Below are positions 28,298 through 37,060 of a stretch of DNA of 64,000 nucleotides, piece after piece (the stretch's first letter is position 1; each line of letters begins with the position of its first letter). Under the pieces are notes generated by a model, which searched no databases, had not been told where the DNA came from, and saw only the letters and a list, made by a program, of their open reading frames with translations. Position numbers and translations under genes: made by a program. Origin of the DNA: Sphingobacterium sp. (GTDB lineage: Bacteria; Bacteroidota; Bacteroidia; Sphingobacteriales; Sphingobacteriaceae); NCBI GenBank assembly GCA_040394915.1, contig JBEBRI010000001.1:51792-115791 (forward strand), written 5' to 3'.

Positions 28298-29596
28298 ATG
28301 AATAGTTTCACTGAATCTAAAAACCTTTTAGACCGCGCTTCCAAGGTATTGGCGGGTGGCGTGTCTTCAGAGTTCAGAAAATATAATCATCCGCATGCTA
28401 TATTCTACAAAGAAGGCAAGGGAAGTCGATTGATTGATGTTGATGGTAATGAGTACTTAGATTTTACATTAAGTCAAGGTCCTTTAATCCTCGGGCATTC
28501 GCATCCACGTGTATTGGAAGCTGTCAATGCTTATTCGACAGAAGGGCAGCTTTACGCGGGGCAACATATCCAAGAAGTGCTGTTAGCAGAAAAAATATGT
28601 GAGCTAATCCCTTCGGCGGAACTCATTCGATTTTGTCTTGACGGCTCTGAGGCCGTTCAAACTGCTTTCCGCGTAGCGAGAGCTAAGACAGGAAAGAACA
28701 AATTTTTGCGTTTTGAAGGTCATTATCATGGCTGGTTAGATAATGTCGCTTGGGGTATTTCAACACCGAGTGTGGAAGCTCTGGGCGAACCAGCAGAGCC
28801 GACAGCACATGTATGGTCACAAGGCGTTTCGCCAGAGAGTCGGAATGAGTTTATTATGCTGCCCTGGAATGATCTGGAACTTTTGAGAGAAACTGTAAAA
28901 AAACATCATCAGGAAATAGCGGCTATTATCAGCGAACCAGTGATGTGTAATAATGGCTGTATAGCTCCAAAAGCGGGCTTCTTAGAAGGAATTCGCGCTT
29001 TGTGTGATGAATATAATATCGCATTTATTATGGACGAAGTGATTACGGGTTTTAGACTTGGGCTAGGAGGAGCACAAACTCACTATCAGGTAACTCCTGA
29101 TTTGTCAATTTTTGCGAAAGCAATGGGGAGCGGTTATCCAATCAGCGCCATCGTAGGGAAATCATCTTGGATGGACTGTATTTCTAATTCTCAAGTAATT
29201 CACGCTGGCACGATGAATTCAAGCAATCCGACTATTGCAGCTTCCTTGGCGACAATCACTGTTCTGGAAGAAGAACAACCTTATGAGCGTATGTTTTATT
29301 TGGGTAAGAAACTGATGAAAGGTATTGAAGAAGCAGCGGCAACTTATCATCAAAATTTAAAGGTTTTTGGCTTAGGTCCGATGTTCGTTACGCTTTTTAC
29401 CGATTTGGATGAACTCGTTGATTACCGAGATACCTTACAGAGCGACAAAGCAAAACTAGGGAAGTTTATCGCTACACTTCAAGATCACGGTATTCGCGTA
29501 ATTGGTCGCGGTCTGTGGTATATCAGTGCTGTCCACACCGAAGCCGATATCGATCAAGCTATAGTAGCCGTTAACGAAGTACTATCTGAAATGTAA
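28298..29596 (+). CDS. Class III PLP aminotransferase (glutamate-1-semialdehyde aminomutase-like)
   Basis: GGVSS, DVDGNEYLDF, ILGH, GSEA, FEGHYHG, EPV, DEVITGFR, FAKAMGSGYP, GTMNSS. Confidence 0.88.
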   Translation: MNSFTESKNLLDRASKVLAGGVSSEFRKYNHPHAIFYKEGKGSRLIDVDGNEYLDFTLSQGPLILGHSHPRVLEAVNAYSTEGQLYAGQHIQEVLLAEKICELIPSAELIRFCLDGSEAVQTAFRVARAKTGKNKFLRFEGHYHGWLDNVAWGISTPSVEALGEPAEPTAHVWSQGVSPESRNEFIMLPWNDLELLRETVKKHHQEIAAIISEPVMCNNGCIAPKAGFLEGIRALCDEYNIAFIMDEVITGFRLGLGGAQTHYQVTPDLSIFAKAMGSGYPISAIVGKSSWMDCISNSQVIHAGTMNSSNPTIAASLATITVLEEEQPYERMFYLGKKLMKGIEEAAATYHQNLKVFGLGPMFVTLFTDLDELVDYRDTLQSDKAKLGKFIATLQDHGIRVIGRGLWYISAVHTEADIDQAIVAVNEVLSEM

Positions 29597-29633
29597 AGAT
29601 TATTCCAACACACAACCAACTTAAACTTAAATT

Positions 29634-30887
29634 ATGAGCTTCTCTTTTGTGACCAAAGGTCCACCTAGTAAATTCCGTTCCTGGCTAATCGTCGGTCTTT
29701 TATTCATCATTGCCATGTTGAATTATATAGATCGTACGATGATTACCACCATGCGTACTTCCATTGTCGACTCTATTCCAATGAGCGATGCAGAGTTTGG
29801 ATTATTGACTGCTGTTTTCCTTTGGGTTTATGGTTTCTTTAGTCCCTTTGCCGGTTATTTAGCCGATCGCTATAGCAGAAGCCGTGTTATTCTATTTAGC
29901 TTGTTCGTCTGGTCTTTGGTGACTTGGATGACTTCCTATGCATCAACATTTAACGAATTGCTGATTACCCGAGCTTTAATGGGCATTAGTGAAGCCTGCT
30001 ATATTCCAGCGGCATTAGCTTTGATTATGGACTACCATAAAGGGCCTACCAGATCCTTGGCAACAGGTGTTCATATGGCCGGTATTATGTTAGGTCAAAG
30101 CTTGGGATTTGTTGGCGGCTGGCTCGCAGAAAATCACACTTGGAACTATGCTTTTACAGTTTTTGGAATATTCGGAATGTGTTATGCACTTGCTATGATT
30201 TTCTTGATCAAAGATGTGCCGAAAGCAGAAGTAAATGTGGATTCAAATACAGTACCTAAGGTCAGATTTGTTGATTCCTTGAAAGTCCTAGTAAGCAATC
30301 GATCGTTTTTGTTTATCGTTGCCTTCTTTGGGTTTATCAGTATTGTGGGCTGGTTAATTGTAGGCTGGCTTCCAACTTATTTCCAAGAGAAATTTAGTTT
30401 GACTCAAACGCAGGCTGGTGTTTATTCAACGGGCTATGTATTCACTGCCGCCATATTTGGAGTACTTTTTGGTGGTATGATAACGGATCTCTGGAGTAAG
30501 AAAAATTCTAAGGCGCGGATTTATATGCCTTTTATCGGTTTGTGCATTGCCGCCCCAGCCATATTTATGGCGAACTACTCCTATATCCTTTCAATCTCGA
30601 TTCTGTGCTTTATTCTGTATTCCTTCTGTAAGTCGTTTGTTGACACGAACACGATGCCGATTTTAAGTATGGTTGTCGAAGAGAAGTATAGGGCGACAGG
30701 CTACGGCATACTGAACTTTTGTGGAACTTTGGTCGGTGGATTAGGACTCTATTTTGGTGGTGCACTACGTGATTCTAACATTGACCTACATACCATTTTT
30801 CAATTTGCATCTGGTATGATTATTCTATCGGCTGTATCCTTATTGTTCATACAACCGAATCAGAAGCTCGTTAATGCACAGAAGTAA
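29634..30887 (+). CDS. MFS transporter (ACS-like sugar acid transporter)
   Basis: LNYIDR in TM1, GYLADRYSR motif A, RALMGISEA, about 12 hydrophobic segments. Confidence 0.9.
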   Translation: MSFSFVTKGPPSKFRSWLIVGLLFIIAMLNYIDRTMITTMRTSIVDSIPMSDAEFGLLTAVFLWVYGFFSPFAGYLADRYSRSRVILFSLFVWSLVTWMTSYASTFNELLITRALMGISEACYIPAALALIMDYHKGPTRSLATGVHMAGIMLGQSLGFVGGWLAENHTWNYAFTVFGIFGMCYALAMIFLIKDVPKAEVNVDSNTVPKVRFVDSLKVLVSNRSFLFIVAFFGFISIVGWLIVGWLPTYFQEKFSLTQTQAGVYSTGYVFTAAIFGVLFGGMITDLWSKKNSKARIYMPFIGLCIAAPAIFMANYSYILSISILCFILYSFCKSFVDTNTMPILSMVVEEKYRATGYGILNFCGTLVGGLGLYFGGALRDSNIDLHTIFQFASGMIILSAVSLLFIQPNQKLVNAQK

Positions 30888-30983
30888 GCGGTAAGCACAG
30901 GACGGTTACCTGATAGTAAATAATTAATATTGTATCATAAGCTTTAGAGCTATTGAGATCAACCTTCTCAACGAAATTTAATA

Positions 30984-32657
30984 ATGACAATCAACCTAAA
31001 CCACAAGACCCTTATTAAATGCTTTTTTGCTGTTCTTCTCTTATTAGGATTAAGTTCTTCATCGGAGCCTAAAGATCAGCAAAAAGCTAAGGGTTTTCGT
31101 ATAATTCATAACAATGACGGAACTGATGCGCTTGCCAATATGTGGTTCAATCGCAAAGGCAATTTGTCCCGAAAAGATATTAATCGTTATGTAGATATCG
31201 TTGCGGATAGTAAGGTCGTAACTACTTATATGATGTGTACTGGTAGTGACTTCGTCTACTACCGTTCAAAGTATGAACGAACTTTTGGAGATGATCGAAA
31301 TGGTACGCTATCTTGCGATAAAAGTACATCGGAGCGTGATGCTTTTAAACATTATTACGCTAATTTTCTAAGCTTAGAAAAAGAAGGTACTGACATCATT
31401 GATGCTTCGCTTACGCGTGCTAAGGAAAGAGGAATGGAGGCATTTATTACTTTCCGTGTCAACGATCTGCATTTCGCAGATACAGCGTCGAAATGCCGAG
31501 TTTCCTATCCTGATTTTTGGTATAACAATCCCCAATATTATACAGGTGATCCTTCTCAAGGTATGAACAGTGCGCAAGCACTTGATTTCACCTATGAAGA
31601 AGTACGAAATCATAAGTTGAATTTAATCCGTGAGCAACTCGAAAATTATCCGCAAATAGATGGTTATGATCTTGATTTTATGCGGTTTATTGTGCTGTTT
31701 AAGACCGGTGAAGGATCAGCGAAGGCGCCGTTGGTAACATCATTTGTTAAATCGGTCAAGCGTATGGTTGATTCAGTTTCGACTGTAAGAAAAAAGAAAA
31801 TTTTACTTTCTGTACGTGTTCCAATCACGGTTGAGGGGGGCTTAGAAAAAGGATTAGATGTACGCGAATGGCATAAGCAAGGATTAATAGATTTTATATC
31901 TATTGGTGCACATTGGCGAGGTGAGACCGCGACTCCAATTGCTAAATTTAAAAGAGATTTATTTAAAGGTTTCAATAAAACCATCCCGGTTTATGGTTCT
32001 ATTGACGATGGCGGTTATCAACCTCGGGAGTTCTTCTCGGAGGGTATGTATCGCGGTATGGCTTCCCATATTCTAGGGCAGGGTGCAGATGGATTGTACT
32101 TGTTCAATTTCTATTTTGAAAATGATGCGAAGGTAGATTACGCCAAGGCTGTAAATGAGAGTGGATTGGTTTGCAGGACGCGTTCACAAAGACTGTTAAC
32201 AGAACTAGGAGATCCTACTTTATTACGTAAGCGTAATAAGATCTATTGCGCATCAGACGGGGTAACCAATGCTTATGGTGTCCTTCAGGTTGCAGATCTT
32301 CCGATGGCATGCGGTAATGGTAAGTTGAGCAAAGTTGGAATCTTTGTCGCTGATGAAGTGAATTCTCAAAATGTTCAATCACAGCTTCTGTTTCTCCGTG
32401 CGGATAAGAAAGCTAGAATGGAAGTGAAGATTAACGGGAAATCAGTTAATCCGCTAGAGGGCCGCGTTGCGGAAGATTACGACCGGCTCAAAGGCTTGCA
32501 GGATGGGGAAGAAGTATATGTATTTGAAATTCCAAAGAATACCCTAATAAAAGGGGATAATGAAGCCAGTATTTTGTCCAAAGGCGGGATATTTGTTGTC
32601 AAGCGTTTGGAAGTCGCGCTAAACTATGGCGACGTTAAGCAATATGGTTATTTCTAA
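30984..32657 (+). CDS. Secreted putative TIM-barrel glycoside hydrolase of unassigned family
   Basis: Signal peptide; HNNDGTD, FRVNDLH, LDFTYEEVR, DGYDLDFMR, GADGLYLFNF; beta-rich C-terminal domain. Confidence 0.6.
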   Translation: MTINLNHKTLIKCFFAVLLLLGLSSSSEPKDQQKAKGFRIIHNNDGTDALANMWFNRKGNLSRKDINRYVDIVADSKVVTTYMMCTGSDFVYYRSKYERTFGDDRNGTLSCDKSTSERDAFKHYYANFLSLEKEGTDIIDASLTRAKERGMEAFITFRVNDLHFADTASKCRVSYPDFWYNNPQYYTGDPSQGMNSAQALDFTYEEVRNHKLNLIREQLENYPQIDGYDLDFMRFIVLFKTGEGSAKAPLVTSFVKSVKRMVDSVSTVRKKKILLSVRVPITVEGGLEKGLDVREWHKQGLIDFISIGAHWRGETATPIAKFKRDLFKGFNKTIPVYGSIDDGGYQPREFFSEGMYRGMASHILGQGADGLYLFNFYFENDAKVDYAKAVNESGLVCRTRSQRLLTELGDPTLLRKRNKIYCASDGVTNAYGVLQVADLPMACGNGKLSKVGIFVADEVNSQNVQSQLLFLRADKKARMEVKINGKSVNPLEGRVAEDYDRLKGLQDGEEVYVFEIPKNTLIKGDNEASILSKGGIFVVKRLEVALNYGDVKQYGYF

Positions 32658-32695
32658 TCATTAAAGATCGTTTTTGTTTCAATCATGTGATGTTT

Positions 32696-32732
32696 AGTCG
32701 GCTGCAATTTTACACTTAGCAGCCGATTTTTT
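32696..32732. terminator. Terminator between convergent operons
   Basis: AGTCGGCTGC...GCAGCCGATT followed by TTTT. Confidence 0.7.
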
Positions 32733-33867
32733 ATTTTGAAGGATTTAACAACATTCCGATTTGCTTGGCTGTTCGTTGAAGATTTACTGTCGTATGTTTT
32801 ATAGCTTTCGATAATTCTTCAGGACTGTTTCCAATGGCGAATAACGCTGTGAAATAATCTTGTAATTGTGAATCTATTGTTCTAGGAATATTACCTGCAA
32901 GTCCAATAATTGGTTTGTTTGCTTTTCTTGCTAATTCTGCTAAGACTACCGGCGCTTTACCTTCCAAAGATTGCGAGTCAATACTCCCTTCTCCGGTGAT
33001 AACCCAATCAGCTTGTTGAATTTGAGATTCAATCTCCGTAAGTTTACAGAAATAAGCTGCCCCTTTCTCCATTTCAGCATGCATAAAAACCTTGAAAGCT
33101 GCCCCTAAACCACCCGCTGCACCGCCTCCAATTACTTGATTCAATGACTTGCCAGTAAGGTTTTTCGTTATGTGTTCAAATTTGGAAAGAAATTCCTCCA
33201 ACGCCAGCACATCGGATTCTGAAGCTCCCTTTTGCGGTCCGAATACGGCGGCAGCACCTTCTGCGCCTAATAGTCTATTTTCTACGTCGCAAAGGATCGT
33301 GAAGTCTATACCAGCTATTGTTTTATTGAGATTACTTAAGTCAAAGCTTGCAACGTCTCCGAAATTTGCAGGTGCTGCTTGCAAAACTTTACCTGATTTA
33401 TCGAAACATTCTAGTCCGAGTGCTTGCAACATACCCAATCCTCCGTCGACTGTTGCTGATCCCCCGAGGCAAATAATAAATGAACGCACACCCTTTTCAA
33501 TATTGTGGAGAATAAGTTCGCCCAAACCATAGGTGCTTGAATGCATAGGACTTCGTAATTCACCAGAAATAGATTTAAATCCTGATGTTTCTGCAACCTC
33601 TATTATGGCAGTTTTTCTATCCACTAGAAGACCGTATTGTGCTTCTGTATTCTGAAGATAGGCACCTTTAACTTGCAGCGTGTGCATGCTACCGTTTAGA
33701 TGTTTAGTCATTAAGAACGAGGTATGATCGCCGCCATCAGCAATAGGAAACTTTACCAAATTAGCCCTGATGATACTCTGATTGAGACCTTCAGCAATCG
33801 CGTCAGCAACTTCTTCAGCAGTAAGGCTCCCCTTAAAACTATTAGGGGCTATTAAGATATTCATCAT
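32731..33867 (-). CDS. Glycerate kinase (GlxK/GarK family)
   Basis: ILIAPNSFKGSL, PIADGG, LGGSATVDGG, FGPQKGA, GAAGGLG, ITGEGSID.QS..GK.P. Confidence 0.93.
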   Translation of the reverse strand: MMNILIAPNSFKGSLTAEEVADAIAEGLNQSIIRANLVKFPIADGGDHTSFLMTKHLNGSMHTLQVKGAYLQNTEAQYGLLVDRKTAIIEVAETSGFKSISGELRSPMHSSTYGLGELILHNIEKGVRSFIICLGGSATVDGGLGMLQALGLECFDKSGKVLQAAPANFGDVASFDLSNLNKTIAGIDFTILCDVENRLLGAEGAAAVFGPQKGASESDVLALEEFLSKFEHITKNLTGKSLNQVIGGGAAGGLGAAFKVFMHAEMEKGAAYFCKLTEIESQIQQADWVITGEGSIDSQSLEGKAPVVLAELARKANKPIIGLAGNIPRTIDSQLQDYFTALFAIGNSPEELSKAIKHTTVNLQRTAKQIGMLLNPSK

Positions 33868-34847
33868 TAGGAATTTGTGTAGACTTCAGGGTTTAAGCAA
33901 GTAAGCAAAGGTTTTCCTTCCACAAAAGCAATGATGTTCTCAGCGGCTGTTTTTGCCATTCCAGATCTTGCTTCGAAGGTAGCGGAACCAATATGTGGTA
34001 ATACACAGACCCTTTCTAGGTCGAGTAAAGGATTGTCCGGTAACATAGGTTCAGGATCAGATACATCCAAACCTGCTCCCCATATTTGCTCGGTTTTTAG
34101 CGCTTTGTAGAGATCATCCTCATTAATAAATCCTCCGCGAGCTGTATTCACTAAAATAGCATTTGATTTCATTTGCTGAAAGACTGATGCATCAAATTTT
34201 CCACGATACTCCGCTGAGTAATTCGCATGAATGGAAAGGACATCAGACTGAGCTAATAGTTCCTCAAAAGAAACATAAGTCGCATTGATGCTTTCTTCTA
34301 ACTCTGGATGTCTATTTCTATTATGGTAGATGATTTTCATCTGGTAGGCTGCTTGGCATTTTAATGCCATTTCAACGCCTATTCTTCCCAATCCGAATAT
34401 ACCTAGTGTTTTACCATATAGTTCCTGTCCCAGGTTCGCAACCGGATTAAAGTATTTAAACCGGACGCCCAAACGTACTTGATTCGTATGAAAAGATGCT
34501 AATCTAGAAACCATCAGCATTAGTAGAAAAGCAATGTCAGACGTTGCTTTGCTTAATACATCAGGTGTATTGGAAACAGGGATTCCTCTTCGAGTAGCCT
34601 CTGCTAAATCTACTTGATCGTATCCGACAGAGAACAGCGATACAGCTTTTACCGATGGACATAAATCAAAGAATTTAGCATCAATTTTATATGCACCAAT
34701 ATTCAAGATAGCATCGCATTGTTGGCAATAACTTATCCATTCATCATAGCTGATCTCAGGATTCTCAGGCATGACTAAGTCGATGTCAGGACGTGCTAGT
34801 AATTGCATGCCGATTTCTGGAATAATTTTGTTGATAAAGACTTTCAT
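33867..34847 (-). CDS. D-isomer-specific 2-hydroxyacid dehydrogenase (glyoxylate/hydroxypyruvate reductase-like)
   Basis: SVGYDQVD, NTPDVL, GIFGLGRIG, VNTARG, GLDVSDPEP, PHIGSAT. Confidence 0.92.
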   Translation of the reverse strand: MKVFINKIIPEIGMQLLARPDIDLVMPENPEISYDEWISYCQQCDAILNIGAYKIDAKFFDLCPSVKAVSLFSVGYDQVDLAEATRRGIPVSNTPDVLSKATSDIAFLLMLMVSRLASFHTNQVRLGVRFKYFNPVANLGQELYGKTLGIFGLGRIGVEMALKCQAAYQMKIIYHNRNRHPELEESINATYVSFEELLAQSDVLSIHANYSAEYRGKFDASVFQQMKSNAILVNTARGGFINEDDLYKALKTEQIWGAGLDVSDPEPMLPDNPLLDLERVCVLPHIGSATFEARSGMAKTAAENIIAFVEGKPLLTCLNPEVYTNS

Positions 34848-35114
34848 CGTTGTGTTTTTTGGCTCTGGTTAGAAGAAATGAATGTACGAAATTTAGACGT
34901 AAAATCGGAGTTATTGAGCATTAAATTGATATCGATTATTTAGTAAGTATCCATATTCATGATCGTGAACGGTTAAATATTCGACCTTGGTAATAAGCTA
35001 AACTTTGCGCTTGACACATATACGATCTCCTCAAGAATAGCCAGAAAATAACTTAGATTGAACCTTTAAATTTTCAGGTAAACCTGATTATAGATTATTT
35101 TCGATCGGATACAT

Positions 35115-35147
35115 AAAAAAAGGACTGTTATATTTAACAGTCCTTTT
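35115..35147 (-). terminator. Intrinsic terminator of heme uptake operon
   Basis: AAAAGGACTGTTA-tatt-TAACAGTCCTTTT with an A run on its left. Confidence 0.85.
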
Positions 35148-35168
35148 CAGCTAAACGAGCCAGCTATA

Positions 35169-35765
35169 CTACTTTACGAATTTCTTGACATTGATTTCGT
35201 AGTTAGCGGTGCCTTGCGCGGCGCTTACCGAGGCCGCATTGATAACGTAAAGCTCATCGGCGTTATCATTCAGTGCCGCACCTTTATACATGACGATGTA
35301 ACGGTTTGCAGTAGGATATACGGCATGATTATTTTTGAAGTCATAAATAATCCATGTAGGTCCTGTTGCCGGGGCACCGGCACTGGATGCATCGATCGTA
35401 AAAGCATTTGTAGCGGTTAGTTTTTGAGCTAAAACATCCTGCAAAGTAAGTTTTTCAATCGATGTATTTTCTTTATCGAAATAGCCCATAGCGTACACAT
35501 CTGAACGCGAATTCTGTAGGTTAGAACCGTACATCCCCGATAAGTTTACCATGCTTTTAGCACTGTCTTGAAGGCTGTTAGTTTTAAAATCAAAGAATAC
35601 CTTCTTGCTCGGAGGAATTGTAATCTTGGCGATTTCTGTCTTCGCATGGCTGTCTGAGAGTTTTGGAGTCGCAATTTCTTTGTCGTCTGAGCAGGAGCTA
35701 ATTGTAGTCCAAGCCAGTCCAGTAACTGCGAATAAAAGGAAAGAAGATTTAAAGGATTTCATCAT
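35169..35765 (-). CDS. Lipoprotein, possible divergent HmuY-fold protein
   Basis: Lipobox ISSC; WIIYDFKNNHAVYPTANRYIVM resembles WYNYNMTSHLVQVIPNRTYLL of the upstream HmuY. Confidence 0.55.
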   Translation of the reverse strand: MMKSFKSSFLLFAVTGLAWTTISSCSDDKEIATPKLSDSHAKTEIAKITIPPSKKVFFDFKTNSLQDSAKSMVNLSGMYGSNLQNSRSDVYAMGYFDKENTSIEKLTLQDVLAQKLTATNAFTIDASSAGAPATGPTWIIYDFKNNHAVYPTANRYIVMYKGAALNDNADELYVINAASVSAAQGTANYEINVKKFVK

Positions 35766-35770
35766 GTTAG

Positions 35771-36331
35771 TTATGCGTTAATAGTATTTGTGAATGTATT
35801 TGCAAATTGTTCAAACGTGTTTTTCGCACTCGCGATAGCTTCTTCGATGTCAGCTTCCTGATTAACTTCTTGGTTGATGATTTTGGTAAACTCGAGCCAT
35901 TTCTCTGCCGACTGATCCCCATAGCCTTGGAAGAAATTGAAACCTGATTCAATACCCACTTTCTCGAGCATTTTCACAATAAACGGACCTCCCATAATAG
36001 ATCCCTCTAAAACATACAAGGCACCAATCGCTTGATTTTTGTTTTCAATGGCAGGCAGGAAAGCTTGAGGTAAATCGGCGACGGATGAACCCAAGACCTC
36101 AATATCCTTAGCGATATCTTTTGCACTTCGGCGAACGCTAAAGTAATCTTGCAGAGCATCTGGCATAAAGGAGGCAATTTGTTGCTCTAGGGTCTCGAAA
36201 TAAGCAAAGAAATATTTTAATAACTCAACATAGTCTTTGTTGTTTTCTATTGCTTTGATACGGTATACCACTTGTTTTTCCAATTCTTGGTGACCGTCTT
36301 TTGTTGCTGTTTTGATTCTTTCGCTCAACAT
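35771..36331 (-). CDS. Biliverdin-producing heme oxygenase
   Basis: LSERIKTATKDGHQELE (proximal His), GALYVLEGSIMGG, FFQGYG, AKNTF. Confidence 0.9.
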   Translation of the reverse strand: MLSERIKTATKDGHQELEKQVVYRIKAIENNKDYVELLKYFFAYFETLEQQIASFMPDALQDYFSVRRSAKDIAKDIEVLGSSVADLPQAFLPAIENKNQAIGALYVLEGSIMGGPFIVKMLEKVGIESGFNFFQGYGDQSAEKWLEFTKIINQEVNQEADIEEAIASAKNTFEQFANTFTNTINA

Positions 36332-36350
36332 AATTATTCTATTTAAGTAT

Positions 36351-37055
36351 TTATTTTGTTTTAAGATTTTTACTGCCGTCTTCCTGAATGAAATAGCGGA
36401 AGGTGAAGTAGGGGGCAGGCCAGTTCAAGTCGGTGACTACGGGCGGATTGTTTTTGTAAACGCTTATGAATTGCAGTTTCCCATATTTGCCGTTAGTAAG
36501 TTTTAGCAGGTAGGTTCTGTTCGGAATCACTTGAACCAGGTGAGAAGTCATGTTATAGTTATACCAACCTTTAGAATCCTCACTAGTTACCATGCCGATA
36601 TTATATAGCGTGCTTTTATCGAATTCTGAATCCGAGGGAGCGGTATCAACAGCATCGTAATCTTTCTCGATTAGGAGCATTTTATGCTTCGCAGCATTCC
36701 CTGAAAATGGAACATTCGGTTGACTCCCATTGTTGATATATATGCTGCTATTGTAGTAGTTACTAAATGCCAAATCCCATTCTGTTTGATCGAAATGGCT
36801 AGCCGAGTCTTGCGCATTCTTAAGCCAAGTTTGTTTCTTATCGGCGAAGCGGAATAAGAAGGTGTGAAAGTCACGTTTCTCTTTGCCGGGGCCTGTGCTT
36901 CCTACGGACGCATCGACGTCTCCGGCCAAATTGCTAATGAGCACGCTTACTCCATCTTCCAATTCGACAGTTGGTCCCTCATTCGACTTGCTGCAGGCTG
37001 TAAACGTCAGTAACAGGACTGGGACTATTATTTTTAGATAGTTGATATTTTTCAT
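36351..37055 (-). CDS. hmuY: HmuY-family heme-binding lipoprotein
   Basis: Lipobox FTAC; WDLAF, GWYNY...H, RTYLLKLTNGKYGKLQFISVY, YFTFRY..Q.DGS. Confidence 0.88.
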   Translation of the reverse strand: MKNINYLKIIVPVLLLTFTACSKSNEGPTVELEDGVSVLISNLAGDVDASVGSTGPGKEKRDFHTFLFRFADKKQTWLKNAQDSASHFDQTEWDLAFSNYYNSSIYINNGSQPNVPFSGNAAKHKMLLIEKDYDAVDTAPSDSEFDKSTLYNIGMVTSEDSKGWYNYNMTSHLVQVIPNRTYLLKLTNGKYGKLQFISVYKNNPPVVTDLNWPAPYFTFRYFIQEDGSKNLKTK

Positions 37056-37060
37056 GTTCT

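Noticed and set aside
28298-29596. hemL (heme biosynthesis), tempting given the nearby heme locus
   Set aside because: It is embedded in a sugar catabolic operon under a GntR operator with no other hem genes nearby; a family-level match only.
11972-32657. Standard Neu5Ac nan cluster, or a nonulosonate biosynthesis cluster
   Set aside because: No kinase, NagA or NagB in these operons, and too many extra redox and nitrogen enzymes for Neu5Ac. No NeuB synthase, CMP-sugar synthetase or glycosyltransferase for biosynthesis. The AGE at 9394 belongs to a separately terminated operon, though cross-feeding cannot be excluded.
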